A stretch of 64,000 nucleotides of DNA from Okamejei kenojei (lineage: Eukaryota): positions 68,696,001 through 68,760,000 of the forward strand of contig CM069135.1 of assembly GCA_035221665.1 (NCBI GenBank), in the 5' to 3' direction. The notes beneath the pieces were generated by a model. It made no database searches. It was not told the DNA's origin and saw nothing but the letters and a program-made list of their open reading frames with translations. The position numbers and the translations under genes were made by a program. Shown here piece by piece: positions 13,294 through 25,937 of the stretch (position 1 is the stretch's first letter; each line of letters begins with the position of its first letter).

Positions 13294-14883
13294 TTACACA
13301 AAAAGCTGGAGAAACTCAGCGGGTGCAGCAGCATCTAAGGAGCGAAGGAGATAGGCGACGTTTCGGGTCGAGACCCTTCTTCAGACTGGTCAGGGATCAG
13401 GGAAACGAGAGACATAGACGGTGATGTGGAGAGATAAAGAACAATGAATGAAAGATATGCAAAAAAGTATCGATGATAAAGGGAACAAGCCATTGTAAGC
13501 TGTTTGTGGTGTGAAAATGAGAAGCTAGTGCGACTAGGGTGGGGGAGGGAGATAGAGATAGAGGGAATGCCAGGGCCCGAGGGCTGAGGGAGAGGTGGGA
13601 AGGGGAGGAGACAGCAAGGGTTAACAGAATTGAGAAAATTCAATGTATAATGTGGATAAATGTGAGGTTACTGGAGGCAAGAAAGATAATGCAGATTATT
13701 ATCTGAATGGTGTCAGGTTAGGAAAATCCATCCCCTATTCCCAATTCCTCCATCTACGCCACATCTGCTCCCAGGATGAGGTGTTCCACACCAGGTCATC
13801 ACAAATGGCCTCATTCTTCAGAGAACGGGGATTCCCCTCCCCCACTATTGATGAGGCTCGCACCAGGGTCTCCTCCATACCCCGCAACACTGCCCTCTCT
13901 CCCCATTCCCCCACTCGCAAACAGGGCAGAGTCCCCCTGGTCCTCACCTTTCACCCCACCAGCCGGCAAATACAACACATAGTCCTCCGCCAGTTTCGCC
14001 ACCTCCAACGTGACCCCTCCACATCTTCCCATCTCCCCCCCGTCTGCCTTCCGCAAAGACCGCTCCCTCCGCAACTCCCTTGTCAATTCTTCCCTCCCCT
14101 CCCGCTCTACCCCTTCCCCGGGCACTTTCCCTTGCAACCGCAAGAAATGCAACACTTGTCCCTTCACCTCCCCCCTCCACTCTTTTCAGGGACCCAAGCA
14201 GTCCTTCCAGGTCCGACAGAGGTTCACCTGCACCTCCTCCAACATCATCTACTGCATCCGCTGCTCCAGATTGCCAGATGATCTATATCGGTGAGACCAA
14301 GCAGAGGCTGGCGATCGTTTCGCCGAACACCTCCGCTCGGTCCGCAAAAAACCAACCCGACCTCCCGGTGGCTCAGCACTTCAACTCCCCCTCCCATTCC
14401 GTATCCGACCTCTCAGTCCTGGGCCTCCTCCACGGCCAGAGTGAGCAACACAGCAAGTTGGAGGAACAGCACCTCATATTCCGCTTGGGGAGTCTGCATC
14501 TTTTGGGCTTGAACATTGAATTTTCTCAATTCTGTTAACCCTTGCTGTCTCCTCCCCTTCCCACTACTCCCTCAACCCTCGGGCCCTGGCATTCCCTCTA
14601 TCTCTATCTCCCTCCCCCACCCTAATCGCACTAGCTTCTCATTTTCACACCACAAACAGCTTACAATAGCTTGTTCCCTTTATCATCGATACTTTTTTGC
14701 ATATCTTTCATTCATTGTTCTTTATCTCTCCACATCACCGTCTATATCTCTGACCAGTCTGAAGAAGGGTCTCGACCCGAAACGTCGCCTATCTCCTTCG
14801 CTCCTTAGATGCTGCTGCACCCGCTGAGTTTCTCCAGCTTTTTGTGCAACCCTCGATTCTCCAGCATCTACAGTTCCTTCTTT
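13294..14883. mobile_element. Penelope-like element (Neptune-type): inverted pLTR, RT-thumb/Zn-finger/GIY-YIG fragment (+) and pLTR
   Basis: Motifs SIPYSQFLHLRHICS, RVPLVLTFHP, CNRKKCNTC, FTCTSSNIIYCIRC, IYIGET, VAQHFNSPSH, EEQHLIFRL. Terminal repeat in inverted (13294-13644) and direct (14538-14883) orientation. 14-bp TSD aaaattattaaggg at 13280-13293 and 14884-14897. Confidence 0.92.
14759..14786 (+). ncRNA. Minimal type I hammerhead ribozyme-like core in a Penelope pLTR
   Basis: CUGAAGA-a-GGGUC-uc-GACCC-GAAACGUC: conserved CUGANGA and GAAA boxes, 5-bp helix II, palindromic ACGU at helix III, GUC triplet. Helix I is only ~2 bp. Identical cores at 54461-54488(+), 13357-13384(-) and 54075-54102(-). 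Confidence 0.6.
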
Positions 14884-15175
14884 AAAATTATTAAGGGATT
14901 GGCCATGCTAGATGCCGGAAACATGTTCCCGATGTTGGGGAGTCGAGAACCAGGGGCCACAGTTTAAGAATAAGGGGTTCATTTAGAACCAAGATGAGGA
15001 AAAGCTTTTTCACAAAGAGAGTTGTGAATTCGTGGAACTCTCTGCCTCAGAAGGCAGTGGAGGCCGTTTCACTGGATGCATTCAAAAGTAAGAGTTATAT
15101 AGAGCTCTTAGGGCTAGCGAAATCAAGAGGTATAGGGAGAAGGCAGGAACAGGGGTACTGGTTGTGAATGATCAG

Positions 15176-16888
15176 TAGAGCCAGGATTTTGCCATCAATG
15201 CCCTGTGCCTTTTCATGCTTTTTTGATCATTTCGCCAGGATAATGCCTTTTTTCACGATCGATTGCCTAAATCAGCCTTTTTTTTTGCCATTTTGCTAAA
15301 AGGTCGTGCTATTTTCTTTAGTTGTACCGTGATTACAATGACGTTTTTCCATGTTATTATTATAGTGTTAACATAGTATAACTTACAAGAAAATGTCCAC
15401 AACTGGGGCGAAACTGGGAACGCCACGTCGGTCGTTCATTCATTCGTGCCGCTGCCTGCTGGTTCAGTCTTCTCCAAGATATATTTAAGAAAAAACTGCA
15501 GATGCTGGAAAAATCGAAGACAAAAAATGCTAGAGAAACTCAGCGAGTGAGGCAGCATCAATGGAGAGAAGGAATAGGCGACATTTCGAGTCGAGACCCT
15601 TCTTCAGACTGTCGGGGGTGGCAGGAAAAGAAAGGAAGAGGCAGAGACAGTAGGACTAGAAGGAGAGCTAGAAAGGGGGAGGAGGAGGAGAAGACAAGGG
15701 TTATCTAATATTAGTGAAGTCAATGTTGATACACTGGGTGTAGACTATCCAAGCGAAATAGCCAAGCTTGTCTCCTCTCTACATTTACTGCTGGCTCCAG
15801 TCGCGAATCTGAGTTTGACTAATCTGCGCGGGCATTCCTTGATGCTGGAACTCCACTGTGGAAATTGGAAAACAAATCTCTCAGAAGTTTTTTGTCAAGA
15901 AAATCTTCCATAAAGCACCGTCACGTGTGCAGTTGTTCAAAGGAAATGGCACCCGAGATTCCGCGACCTCCTCAGCCCACTTTGACTAGGTGGGGAACAT
16001 GGCTCTATGCTGTACTCTACTATGCTGCAATTTTTGAAAAAGATAAACAATATCGTCAACTGTTTTGAAGAATAATCTGCTGCAGTCAGGATCGTCAGTG
16101 AAATCATGCAGACACAGTCCCTCCACCGCGGATCTTGTGTTTATTGCTTCCAAATTTGCAAACTTCCCACAAAGCTATCACTTGCCTTGAGAAACGTGGC
16201 AAAACATTAGTGGATAACTTGCAGGTTTTCAACAAAGTAACTGAGATGTTGGTAAAATTCCTGGCAATGTAGGTAAAGACATACAAGGAAAATGTGAGAG
16301 AGTGATTTTAGCTAACAAAGATCTTGAAGAAACACAAATAGCTAAGGTTCTCAAGGTAGTCGTAATGCACAAGATATGGACATGAATATAGAGTCTGTGG
16401 GTACACAAAAAGCTGGAGAAACTCAGCGGGTGCAGCAGCATCTAAGGAGCGAAGGAGATAGGCGACGTTTCGGGCCGAGACCCTTCTTCAGACTGGTCAG
16501 GGATCAGGGAAACGAGAGATATAGACAGTGATGTGGAGAGATAATGAACAATGAGTGAAAGATATGCAAAAAAGTATCGGTGATAAAAGGGAGATATAGA
16601 GTCTGTAGCTTGTTTCGAGTATGCACCAGTGTCCTCAGCTGAGGTAGAAAGACGTTTTTAACAACTGAAGCATATTCTGTCTGACAGATGGCAGTTTAAA
16701 ACCAGTTAACAACAATTTTGGTCATTTAATGTAGTATACCTTTATATCATCATTTGTAACCATATTTTGGTGGTGGAAATATATGCCTTTTTTGGTAATA
16801 AATGCATTTTTTGTGCCTTTTTTGTAATTTTATTATGTCTTTTTGCTGCCTTTTCAGAGTTTTTTAGTGCCTAAACATCCTGGCTCTA
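15176..16888 (+). mobile_element. Internally deleted hAT DNA transposon
   Basis: TIR tagagccaggat / atcctggctcta. ~8-bp TSD atgatcag / atgattcag. Transposase remnants [24 protein letters not shown] (15950-16025) and dimerisation-domain-like YAPVSSAEVERRF (~16620-16660). Contains two Penelope pLTR pieces. Confidence 0.85.
16399..16593 (-). mobile_element. Solo Penelope pLTR fragment with hammerhead-like core
   Basis: 13-bp TSD atatagagtctgt at 16386-16398 and 16594-16606. Core at 16464-16491. Confidence 0.8.
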
Positions 16889-18171
16889 ATGATTCAGCCA
16901 TGATCACATTGAATGGTGCTGGCTTGGACGGAATGCAACTATTGACTAAGTATCTATGTATATATGACAAGACTATAAAAAGTTGGAAAATCAATACTGT
17001 GGTTTATCTTGGAGTTTTGGCATTTTCAAGATCATAATCCATCAGTGCCACATTCCTTTTCAAAGCAGGCAGCAGATTATTTTAGTTGCCCTTAAGGTTC
17101 TGTCTTACATTAAAAACTAGAAGTAATATATTTTCAAATAAAATAAATGAAGTGACGAATCTCACCATAGGTAACCAGGATGTATTCCCCTTAGCCAATT
17201 GCATCGTACTGAAGCTGCTATTTTAAACTCGCCAGCCATCATTTAGGTTAGGAAATAACAGTGTGTGCATATTTAATTTGCTTTTGTCTTGAATGGATAA
17301 AGCTTTGAGCCATAATTCATATGACATCTCTTTGTTTTGCTTGTAACCCTGATTGATAAAATGTGACAGATTCCCAGATAGGACTGTTTACTAACAATCA
17401 TTTAACCAAATTATATTTACATGAGCATTTGTTTGGAACCCCATGGTTTCTTTATTTGCTGGGTCAGCCCTGGGTATTAAACATTGCGTTGTTACCAGCA
17501 GTTAGCATTTGCTGCAGTTTACTAAAGGGTAAGAGTCACACCAACAAGCACACAGACAACTGGCAATAGTCCAGGAAATGAACATGACGTGTAAGCAACA
17601 GCGGACTGGAAGATAACATGTGACACAGAGGATTGTATACTGCCGAGTGATTCCACTACATACTGGCTTAATCTCCAAAAAAAAAAGAAATGAAGAACTT
17701 GTAAGTGACCTCAATTTGGAAGTGCTTTACAGACAATGATATACTTTTAAAATGTGGTCACTTTTGTAACGTAGAAAGCACAACAACAATTTGTATACAG
17801 CAAGCTCCCACAAACAATAACATTATTAATATCAAATATTCCATATGATTATCTACTTATTATCCTGCCACAACTGAATTATGCATGCGAAATATCTGTA
17901 GTTCAGTCCAGAATCTTTTACCTGGCTTTGGCTTCCGCAATGCAACACAACAGCCCTGCTACTCAAAATTCAAAGCAATTAGCTTTTGTATATGCAGGTA
18001 TATCTGTCAGTTACCATTTAGTCCTAAAAATTTTGGGCCACTATGTCGATCAGCTGAGGACCAAATCTACGCTCCTTCGCTTGTTCAAATAGCCATACAG
18101 AAATGCCAACACATCCTGAGTCTTGCTTTTGCCATATGGCATAGTTAGAGTCTTTCAGGGAACAAAAAAAC

Positions 18172-18301
18172 AATTCTGTTAACCCTTGCTGTCTCCTCCC
18201 CTTCCCACTTCTCCCTCAACCCTCGGGCCCTGGTATTCCCTCTATCTCCATCTCCCTCCCCCACCCTAGTCGCACTAGCTTCTCATTTTCACACCACAAA
18301 C
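18172..18301 (+). mobile_element. Penelope pLTR fragment
   Basis: Nearly identical to ~14528-14657. Confidence 0.75.
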
Positions 18302-20254
18302 ATGAACGAATTCCTTCGAGCAGCTTTCGTGTATTTATCAAGCTCCCTTGATTACGTCTGATATGTCTGCAGTTTAAATCAACTCCGAATTAAAGTACTG
18401 GGTAACAAAAATGCAAACCTGTGTTTGTCCACGCGAATGAGAATTGTAAATGTTTACAACAGCAGGTTAGTGGCTTATGGATAAACAAGATAGGGCATGA
18501 ATGGAAGAATTCTTGATGAGCTGAATTTCAAGAATGTTGGTATAATAATTTCATTGCTCAGAAGACACTAATGGAGCTATTCCTATAATAACAGATCAGA
18601 TTAGGTTGAAATGGAATGTCAAAATACTATTTGATGAATTGTTTTAAAATTGAGCAAGGAAAGTAAGTATACCACACTGTTAACCAGAGCATTGATGATA
18701 ATTTTGATTAGGGCAGTTTAAAACATTTGGGAAGAATACAGGACACTGCAACATTGCAGCTAATTTACTGGACTTGCATCTCAAGGACTGAACCCTTGAT
18801 CCAGCGATACCAGATTGATTATTGCCAAAACAATGAGGACATTTCAAAATGATGAAATTTAAAAAATGGAATGAAGAACTGGTTCAGTAAATTGAAATTT
18901 ACTAAGTTGCTTCAAGCCAACTTTTCAAAAAGAAAACTTGCCATCATATAGGCAAGAACTGCAGATGATAGTTTATACCGAAGATAGACACAAAATGCTG
19001 GAGCAACTCAGTGGGTCAGGCAGCATTTCTGGAGAAAAGGCATAGGTGACGTTTTGGGTCACAACCCTGCTACAGAACCCCTCTCTAGTATTTAGTGTCT
19101 AACTTACCATCATAACCTGGTCATGATGTTTTATTGTTATACCAAATGAAGCATAATTAGCAAGGCCAGTGTTTATTGTCTTCTAACTGCCTTTGTGAGA
19201 ATGGTGGTGAACCAACCTCTTGCACTGCTGTATTCCATAGGCAAAGGTCTACCACGATGATGTTAAGTAACAAGTTCCAGGATTTTGACCCACCAACAAT
19301 GCATTTCATAACCAGAATGATTTATGATGAAGGGAAACTTAGAAGAGTGGAATGGCCAGGTGCCTACAAGTGAGGATTTAGTGGTGATAATTAATACAGT
19401 GATGATACTGAAGCTGATTGTCTGGCACTTGTGTGATATGAACATTATTTGCTACTTATTGGCCCATGCCTGAATGTTAGAAACAGAATTGCAGATGCTG
19501 GTTTATACCAATGGTCTGAAAAAGGATCCCAACCCAAAATATCACCCATCATTTTTCTCCAGAGATGCTACCTGACCCTCGAAGTTACTTCAGCACTTTG
19601 TGTAATGCCTGATTGCTGTTCAGCTTTTGCTGCTTGCACAAAATGAATGGAACAGACATAGTCCAATTATCACAGATCTTCTCCCACTCTTAATTAATGT
19701 TGGCATTGACAACGCAGTGTCTGTGGAAGTCCTGAAGCAAGGTCCAATGGTGGAGATGATTTGTCTCCTAACATTGACAATCACCTTATTTTGCTCTGTG
19801 TATTATACTGGTTAGTATAACGTTATCTTCTTAATCTGTATTGGATCAATTTAACAAGAACTCCTTGATACAAAACCTGGTTAAATATACACTTACAAGG
19901 CACTTTCACTTCACCTTGGATATTTATGTCTAGGTAGAACATGCTACAACAAAATGCCCCTGATGGAACCCAAACTGAGTTCTGGTGAGTAGGTTCTTAG
20001 CATTGTCAATGACAACATAATTTACTTTAATGAGTGAGAGGGATTCCTCATGGGTTGAAAATCGACAAGATAGGAGCAGACACAAGGAACTGTGGATACT
20101 GGTTTACATGCTTGTCTGAAGAGTCCTAACCTGAAACATTGCTTATCCATGCTCTCCATACATGCTGCCTGACCCACTGGGTTACCCCAGCAAGTTGTGT
20201 CATTTATAACTAGCAATGGTAGTGCTCTGGGAGTGTTGTAAAACAGAAGGATCT

Positions 20255-21205
20255 AATACAGGTACATAGTTCCTTGAAAGTGGTGTCACAGGTAAATAGG
20301 TGGTCAAAAAGGCTTCGGCACATTGGCCTTCATCTGTCAAGAGTATTGAGTATAGAAGTTGGGAAGTCATGTTATAGTTAGATGTGATAGATGTTGGTGA
20401 GGCCATATTTTGAGAATTGTGATCAGTTTTGGTCACCATGTTACAGGAAAGATGTTGTCAAGCTAGAAAGGGTGCCGAGAAGATTTATAAGGATGTCACC
20501 AGGACTCGAAGACCTGAGATAAAGGGAGAGGATGAGCAGGCTAGGACGAGCTCAGCAGGATGAGAAGAGGTGCACTAAATCATGAGAGGAATAGACCAGG
20601 TAAATAACAATAGGTGCAGGAGAAGGCCATTCGGCCCTTTGAGCCAGCACGGCCATTCAATGTGATCATGGCTGATCATCCCTAATCAGTACCCCGTTCC
20701 TGTCTTCTCCCCATATCCCCTGACTCCGCTATCTTTAAGAGCCCTATCTAGCTCTCTCTTGAAAGTATCCAGAGAACCGGCCTCCACTGCCCTCTGAGGC
20801 AGAGAATTCCAGACTCACAACTCTCTGTGAGAAAAAGTGTTTCCTCGTCTCCGTTCTAAATGGCTTACCCCTTATTCTTAAACTGTGGCCCCTGATTCTG
20901 GATCTTTTGCCCAGAGAAGGGGAAACAAGAACCAGAGGACATAGGATTAAGATGAGGGGGGGAAGATTTACTAGGAGCCTGAGGGGTAACTTTTTTTTAC
21001 ACAAATGTTGGTGGGTGTATGGAACAAGCTGCCAGAGGAGGTAGTTGAGGCAGGTAATATTGCAATGTTTAAGAAAAATTTAGACAGGCACCTGGATAAG
21101 ATAGAATTAGAGGGTTGTAGGCCAAACGCAGACAGGTTGGACTAGTGCAGATGGGACACAATGGTCAGCATGGTCAAGTTGGGCCACGTTTCCACTCTGT
21201 ATGAC
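20255..21205 (+). mobile_element. Old CR1 3' fragment with a younger CR1 3' end inserted in opposite orientation (~20605-20900)
   Basis: Degenerate CR1 C-terminal/3' UTR sequence. The inner segment is the reverse complement of the CR1 3' ends seen at 23570-23860 and 62420-62710. Confidence 0.65.
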
Positions 21206-21619
21206 TCTAAAGAATAGATAGATCTCTGTGGAATACGTCAGGATGCCATTAGGTCCCATTGTTTTTGCTGTACGTAATACAAGCAGAGTTAATATTGCTT
21301 CTGCCAAATTAAATTGATGGTAAATTAGCTAGTGAGAGTAACAGCAGGAGATGGCCCAGTCCGCTCATCTCCTTGCCAGCTCTGACTGAAGCTGGTTGCA
21401 TGTTCTCGGTTCCACTATTGTTGTGGGAGACTATGCATGTTTCTTTCAACCAGAAACTAGGAGCAGTAATCCACTCATCCCCTCAAGACTATGCCACCAT
21501 TTAATGAAATCATGAGTGGTGTACCCCCTCTCCACTTCCCCAGAGCCTTCAATTCCCCAGTCTTTCAAAAACATATCTACTTCATCTTTAAATACTGCCA
21601 ATGATCTAGCCCTATCAGA

Positions 21620-21850
21620 CGCCCTACCATTGACTCAATGTACACTTCATCCTTCCTCAGGAAAGCAGTCAACATAATCAAACACCCTTTTCACCCTGGT
21701 CACTCCCTCTTCCCCCCGATCTCATTGGGCAAAAGAGATAAAAGCTTGAAAACACATACAACCAGACCCAGAATTGTTTCTTACTCTTTGTTATCTGATT
21801 TCTGAGACTCCTTCCATATGCGAGGGTAAAGTCCCAATCTTCCAACCTAC
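21620..21850 (+). mobile_element. Rex1/Babar LINE 3' remnant
   Basis: Reads LRKAVNIIKHPFHPGHSLF...KSLKTHTTRP, homologous to the C-terminus of the copy at 63650-63800. Confidence 0.55.
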
Positions 21851-23231
21851 CTCTTATCGGACTGTGGGCTTTTTCTTTGGAACTGATACACTACAATGCT
21901 GAAGAATTATATTCTGCACTTTGGTAGTTTTCTCTTCACTTTACATGATGTACCGGTAAGTGAGTGTGGCTTGATTGTATTATATAGTATTATCGGAATT
22001 GATTGGGTAGCACGCAAACAAATATGTTTCACTTTATTTCGTACACATGACAATAATAAACCAATACCCAGATTTTAAATAACACCTGCTATTATAACGA
22101 TGTGACATCTTTCAAGATTCTTCCTCTGTGTAAACGTCTAACTTCTCAAGTCTCCAGGGGTTTTTACTTTCTCCCCTCGACTTGAGAGTGCCAGAAATAT
22201 CATAGTCATAACAGTCATGCCTTTGGGGATATTTCATAAGGTTATATTTTAAACTCCAAAGAAAATGTACACATTTTTTTTTGGCCAGTGATAAGACAAC
22301 CCTCTCATTGGTCTAACGGGTTTCTTTTGGACAAATGCCAATATATCCTTTCTTAAATTAGGGGACCAAAAACTCTGTACATTACTCCAGGTGTGGCTTC
22401 ACAGGTATCCAGTAAAATTATAACAATCTTCATTTCCCTATTTCTACATTCCAACCTTCTTTCAAGAAAGGGCAAAATGCCCTTGGCCTTCATAACCACT
22501 TACAGCACCTGCCTACTATCTTTCTGTATATTATGCACAAGAACACTTAGATCCTCTGTAATCTTTCTCTATAGTCTTTCATTAGATTCCCATACCGAAG
22601 TGTAAAACCTCACATTTCCAGTGAACTCCATTTATTTGCCAGGTTTTCACCCACTCATTCACCAGGTTTTCACCCACTCATTTAACTTGACATTGCTGGA
22701 AATACTCAGATCAGGCAGCATCTGTTGATAAGAGAAACAGTTAACTGTTTTGGGTTGATGAAAGCTTCACTGTTTCATTCTCCTTTGATGTTGCCTCACA
22801 CGCTGATCATTTCCAGCATTTTGTTTTTTAATTTAGGATTTTCAGTAACTGCAGGGGTTTATGCTTCAGATTGCAGGAATATTTTTTAGCAATTGATGTC
22901 ATTGTTCTGGGTAAAAACAATGAGCCAGAGATCTTTCAGTAAAAATGTCAATGTACACATTAAAATGACGCATTCACCTGGTGAGTATATTATTATGAAA
23001 GTTATTAAAGTTAGGCATATTTTTCAAGAGGCAGTTTGGATTGTAGAACAATACAACAATAGGAATGACATTTTTCAAATGGAGATGGTTGCCAAAATAC
23101 ATATTTACACAGGAATTTTCCACAGTAAACATTCATGGGTGAAGTATTTGAAGTAAGATTTGTGGGAAAGTAAATGTCACTATGTCTGTTTTTTATATTA
23201 AAAAAAAACTTTAGATACAATCTACGGGGTC

Positions 23232-23862
23232 CTTGTGCATCAGTCACTGAAAGTAAGCATGCAGGTACAGCAGGCAGTGAAGAAAGTGAATGGCATGTTG
23301 GCCTTCATAACAAGAGGAGCAAAGAGGTCCTTCTGCAGTTGTACAGGGCCAAATTTGAGGAAGGGCATTCTTGCTATTGAGGGAGTGCAGCATAGGTTCA
23401 TGAGGTTAATTCCCGGGATGGCAGGGCTGCCATATGTTGATAGAATGAAGCGGCTGGACTTGTATACTCTGGAATTTAGAAGGATGAGATGGACTGAGAG
23501 GGGATCTTATTAAGGATTTGGTCACGCTAGCGGCAGGAAACATGTTCCCGGTGTTGGGGGAGTCCAGAACCAGGAACCACAGTTTAAGAATAAGGGATAA
23601 GCCATTTAGACGGAGATGAGGAAAAACTTTTTCACAAAGAGGGTTGTGAATCTGTGGAATTCTCTGCCTCAGAAGGCAGTGGAGGCCAATTCTCTGGATG
23701 TTTTCAAGAGAGAGTTGGATAGAGCTCTTAAAGATAGCAGTCAAGGGATGTGGGGAGAAGACAGGAACAGGGTACTGATTGTGGATGATCAGCCATGATC
23801 ACAGTAAATGGATGTGCTGGCTCGAAGGGCCAAATGGCCTACACCGGCACCTATTGTCTATT
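23232..23862 (+). mobile_element. CR1 LINE 3' fragment
   Basis: VHQSLKVSMQVQQAVKKVNGMLAFI...RKNFFTKRVVNLWNSLP followed by the CR1 3' UTR. Confidence 0.85.
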
Positions 23863-24161
23863 GATATATTAAATCTATTTAGCTTGTACAACAGTACAAC
23901 AACTAACTCATCAGGAATTACATGATAGATTATGTGATATTTATACAAACTTTGGGTATAATATATTCTGAATTTAAGGGGGGGGCAGAGAGTTTTACAA
24001 CATTACTTTTACTAAGATAAAATATAATGACATGAGTCTCCGCACGTGATATTCTAAGATTATAAAATATTAAAATTTAAAAAACTTTCATGTTAGGAAC
24101 AACCGATATATAGCTATATATATCGATATATATAGATATATAAACTCCGTGGGGTTCTCAC

Positions 24162-24855
24162 CATTTCTCAGAAGCTCAGCAGTATTTTCATTCGATAAGA
24201 AGCTTTCCGTGTTAGCTGGTGAATCCTTTCCGCAGGCGACATTTGAGTAAGGGGTTATCACTGACAAAAGTTTCTCAATACTTTGTTGATTGCATTCCAT
24301 GTTCATGCTACAGTTACCTTCTTCCAAAGTCTCTGCTCGCACTGCTTCCATGCTCCCAACAGAAAGTGAATGCAAGTCTGTTGCAGAGCTCCCAACCTTT
24401 GTTTCACGCAGTTTAAAAACAAGTGCTAAAAACTCCCTTTCAAGTAGAACAGAATTGTGTCCTAAAAAGTATAAATAATCAAAATGAATGGTAATTTCTA
24501 AATATTTCGTGGATTTGAAACGCTTGCATTTACTGAGGGATTCCGTTCTTGTGACACGATGAGATAATGCACCCTCAGAGTGCAAGTTTTCACCACAACG
24601 TTTGGCTGTGGGTTCCAAGTGTGCTGACCTTTCACCTTCTAAATCTGGCAAATTTATTGCAGAGCGTCCGGGAGTCAGCTGCAAACTCCAGCAGCCGGGA
24701 GCTATGAGTGCAGTGGAACACGTACAACCCGGCCCCTCTCTCCAGCTGTCCCCCAGCAGCAACGAGTTGGAAAAGCGCTTCGGTGTTCTGCTGGCGGCCA
24801 AGTCCACCCTCCGGCATTTTCCAAAGAGACGGGCTAAGTAGGAGCGGGCGAGCAT
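24162..24855 (-). CDS. Putative first coding exon of an unidentified host gene (231 codons + 1 nt)
   Basis: Long non-repetitive ORF (24088-24855) starting MLARSYLARLFGKCRR directly downstream of a CpG-rich region. Donor AATG|GTGAGA at 24162/24161, after which the frame runs into an AT repeat. Confidence 0.7.
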
Positions 24856-24859
24856 CTAG

Positions 24860-25180
24860 GAGGCAGAGCCTTTTTTGTTTTACTCCCCCCACGCTGGGGC
24901 CGCGCAGCTCCAGCCCGCGGACGTCGCCCCGGCCCACGTTCCACTCTGGGGTTCCCCGGCCAGAGCCCAGCAGTGACGTCAGCCGGCCCCCGGCCCGACT
25001 CCAGTGACGTCGGCCGCCGCCCCCCCCCCCCGGCTCCAGCCCTGTGACGTCCCCCGGCCCACGTTCCACTCTGGGGTTCCCCGGCCAGAGCCCAGCAGTG
25101 ACGTCGGCCGCCCCCCCTCGGCTCGAGCCCTGTGACGTCGGCCCGGTTCGGTGACGCGCGCCGGGCTCGGGTGACGCACT
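24860..25180 (-). promoter_or_regulatory. CpG-rich promoter with an array of CRE/ATF motifs
   Basis: Full TGACGTCA at 24974-24981. TGACGTC at 25005, 25045, 25099 and 25133. TGACG at 25152 and 25172. GC-box-like ccgccc tracts. A ~73-bp unit is duplicated at a 125-bp offset (24908-24980 / 25033-25105). Confidence 0.7.
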
Positions 25181-25937
25181 GAGCAAGGTTTTGGGTTTAT
25201 TGTGATTGTTCATGTGTACCGAGGTACTGTGAACAGCATGCGATCCAATTGGATCCGATGATGCCAGATATAAATGCAATCGAGATAACCTCAAACAACA
25301 GTTAGATGCAAAGGGTGCAGATAGGTATTGCCCAAAATTCTCACACAATAAAAGGACACAGGTTCAAATTAAGGGACAAATTTCCCGAGGCATTCGTTGA
25401 CCGACTCTGCGGTTACTGGGTGATGATGCGTTGGCCCAGGTGCTGGGATGCAACAAAGCCAGACACAAAGCAGCCAGGGGCAGTGAGGAGTTTAGGCCCG
25501 GGTGCGGCCGTCGGGAAGGGTGAAGGTGGGGCCCCGGCCGCAGCACTCTGACTGACATCCCTCGACCCGAGTAGTTGCTGTCACATAAGAACAAGGCGGT
25601 CCCCTATGGGACAAACCAATTTAGCCAATAACGAGATTTGTCCGGCTAATACGGGACAGTTGTCAACCAAGTGCGCAAAAATGACGTGCACAGTTTCCAT
25701 AGAGGAAAGAAGGACGGATCCTTAGCTAGGCAGGACCATTCAGGAGTCTAATAACAGAGGGGCAGTGGTTCCTGAATATATGGTGAGTGTGCGCTTCGAA
25801 ATGTATCTTTAGATGACGGCAGAGGGAGAGAAGGAATGACCTGGGTAAAGCCAAGTCTTTGAAAGGTTCGCCACCTATTAGGCTGCTTGGGAGATGACAG
25901 GCAAGGTATAAACGGGACAGATCCTATCATGGATAGT

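Larger units (their letters stand above)
10935..16935 (+). mobile_element. CR1 (HER1-like) LINE with near-complete degraded ORF2, interrupted by Penelope (13294-14883) and hAT (15176-16888) insertions
   Basis: APE endonuclease motifs (VVGITETW, GVIYRHPN, DFNM, AILDLVLCN, LGGSEHNMI) and RT motifs ([34 protein letters not shown]). The 3' UTR resumes after each insertion. Confidence 0.92.

Noticed and set aside
17166-18140. Possible extra minus-strand exons with donors at 17165 and ~18014
   Set aside because: No convincing acceptor, and the frames contain stops or are phase-incompatible.
24632-25348. 238-aa minus-strand ORF over the promoter
   Set aside because: Its repeated DVTG motifs are translations of the CRE repeats in GC-rich DNA, in a different frame from the better-supported exon.
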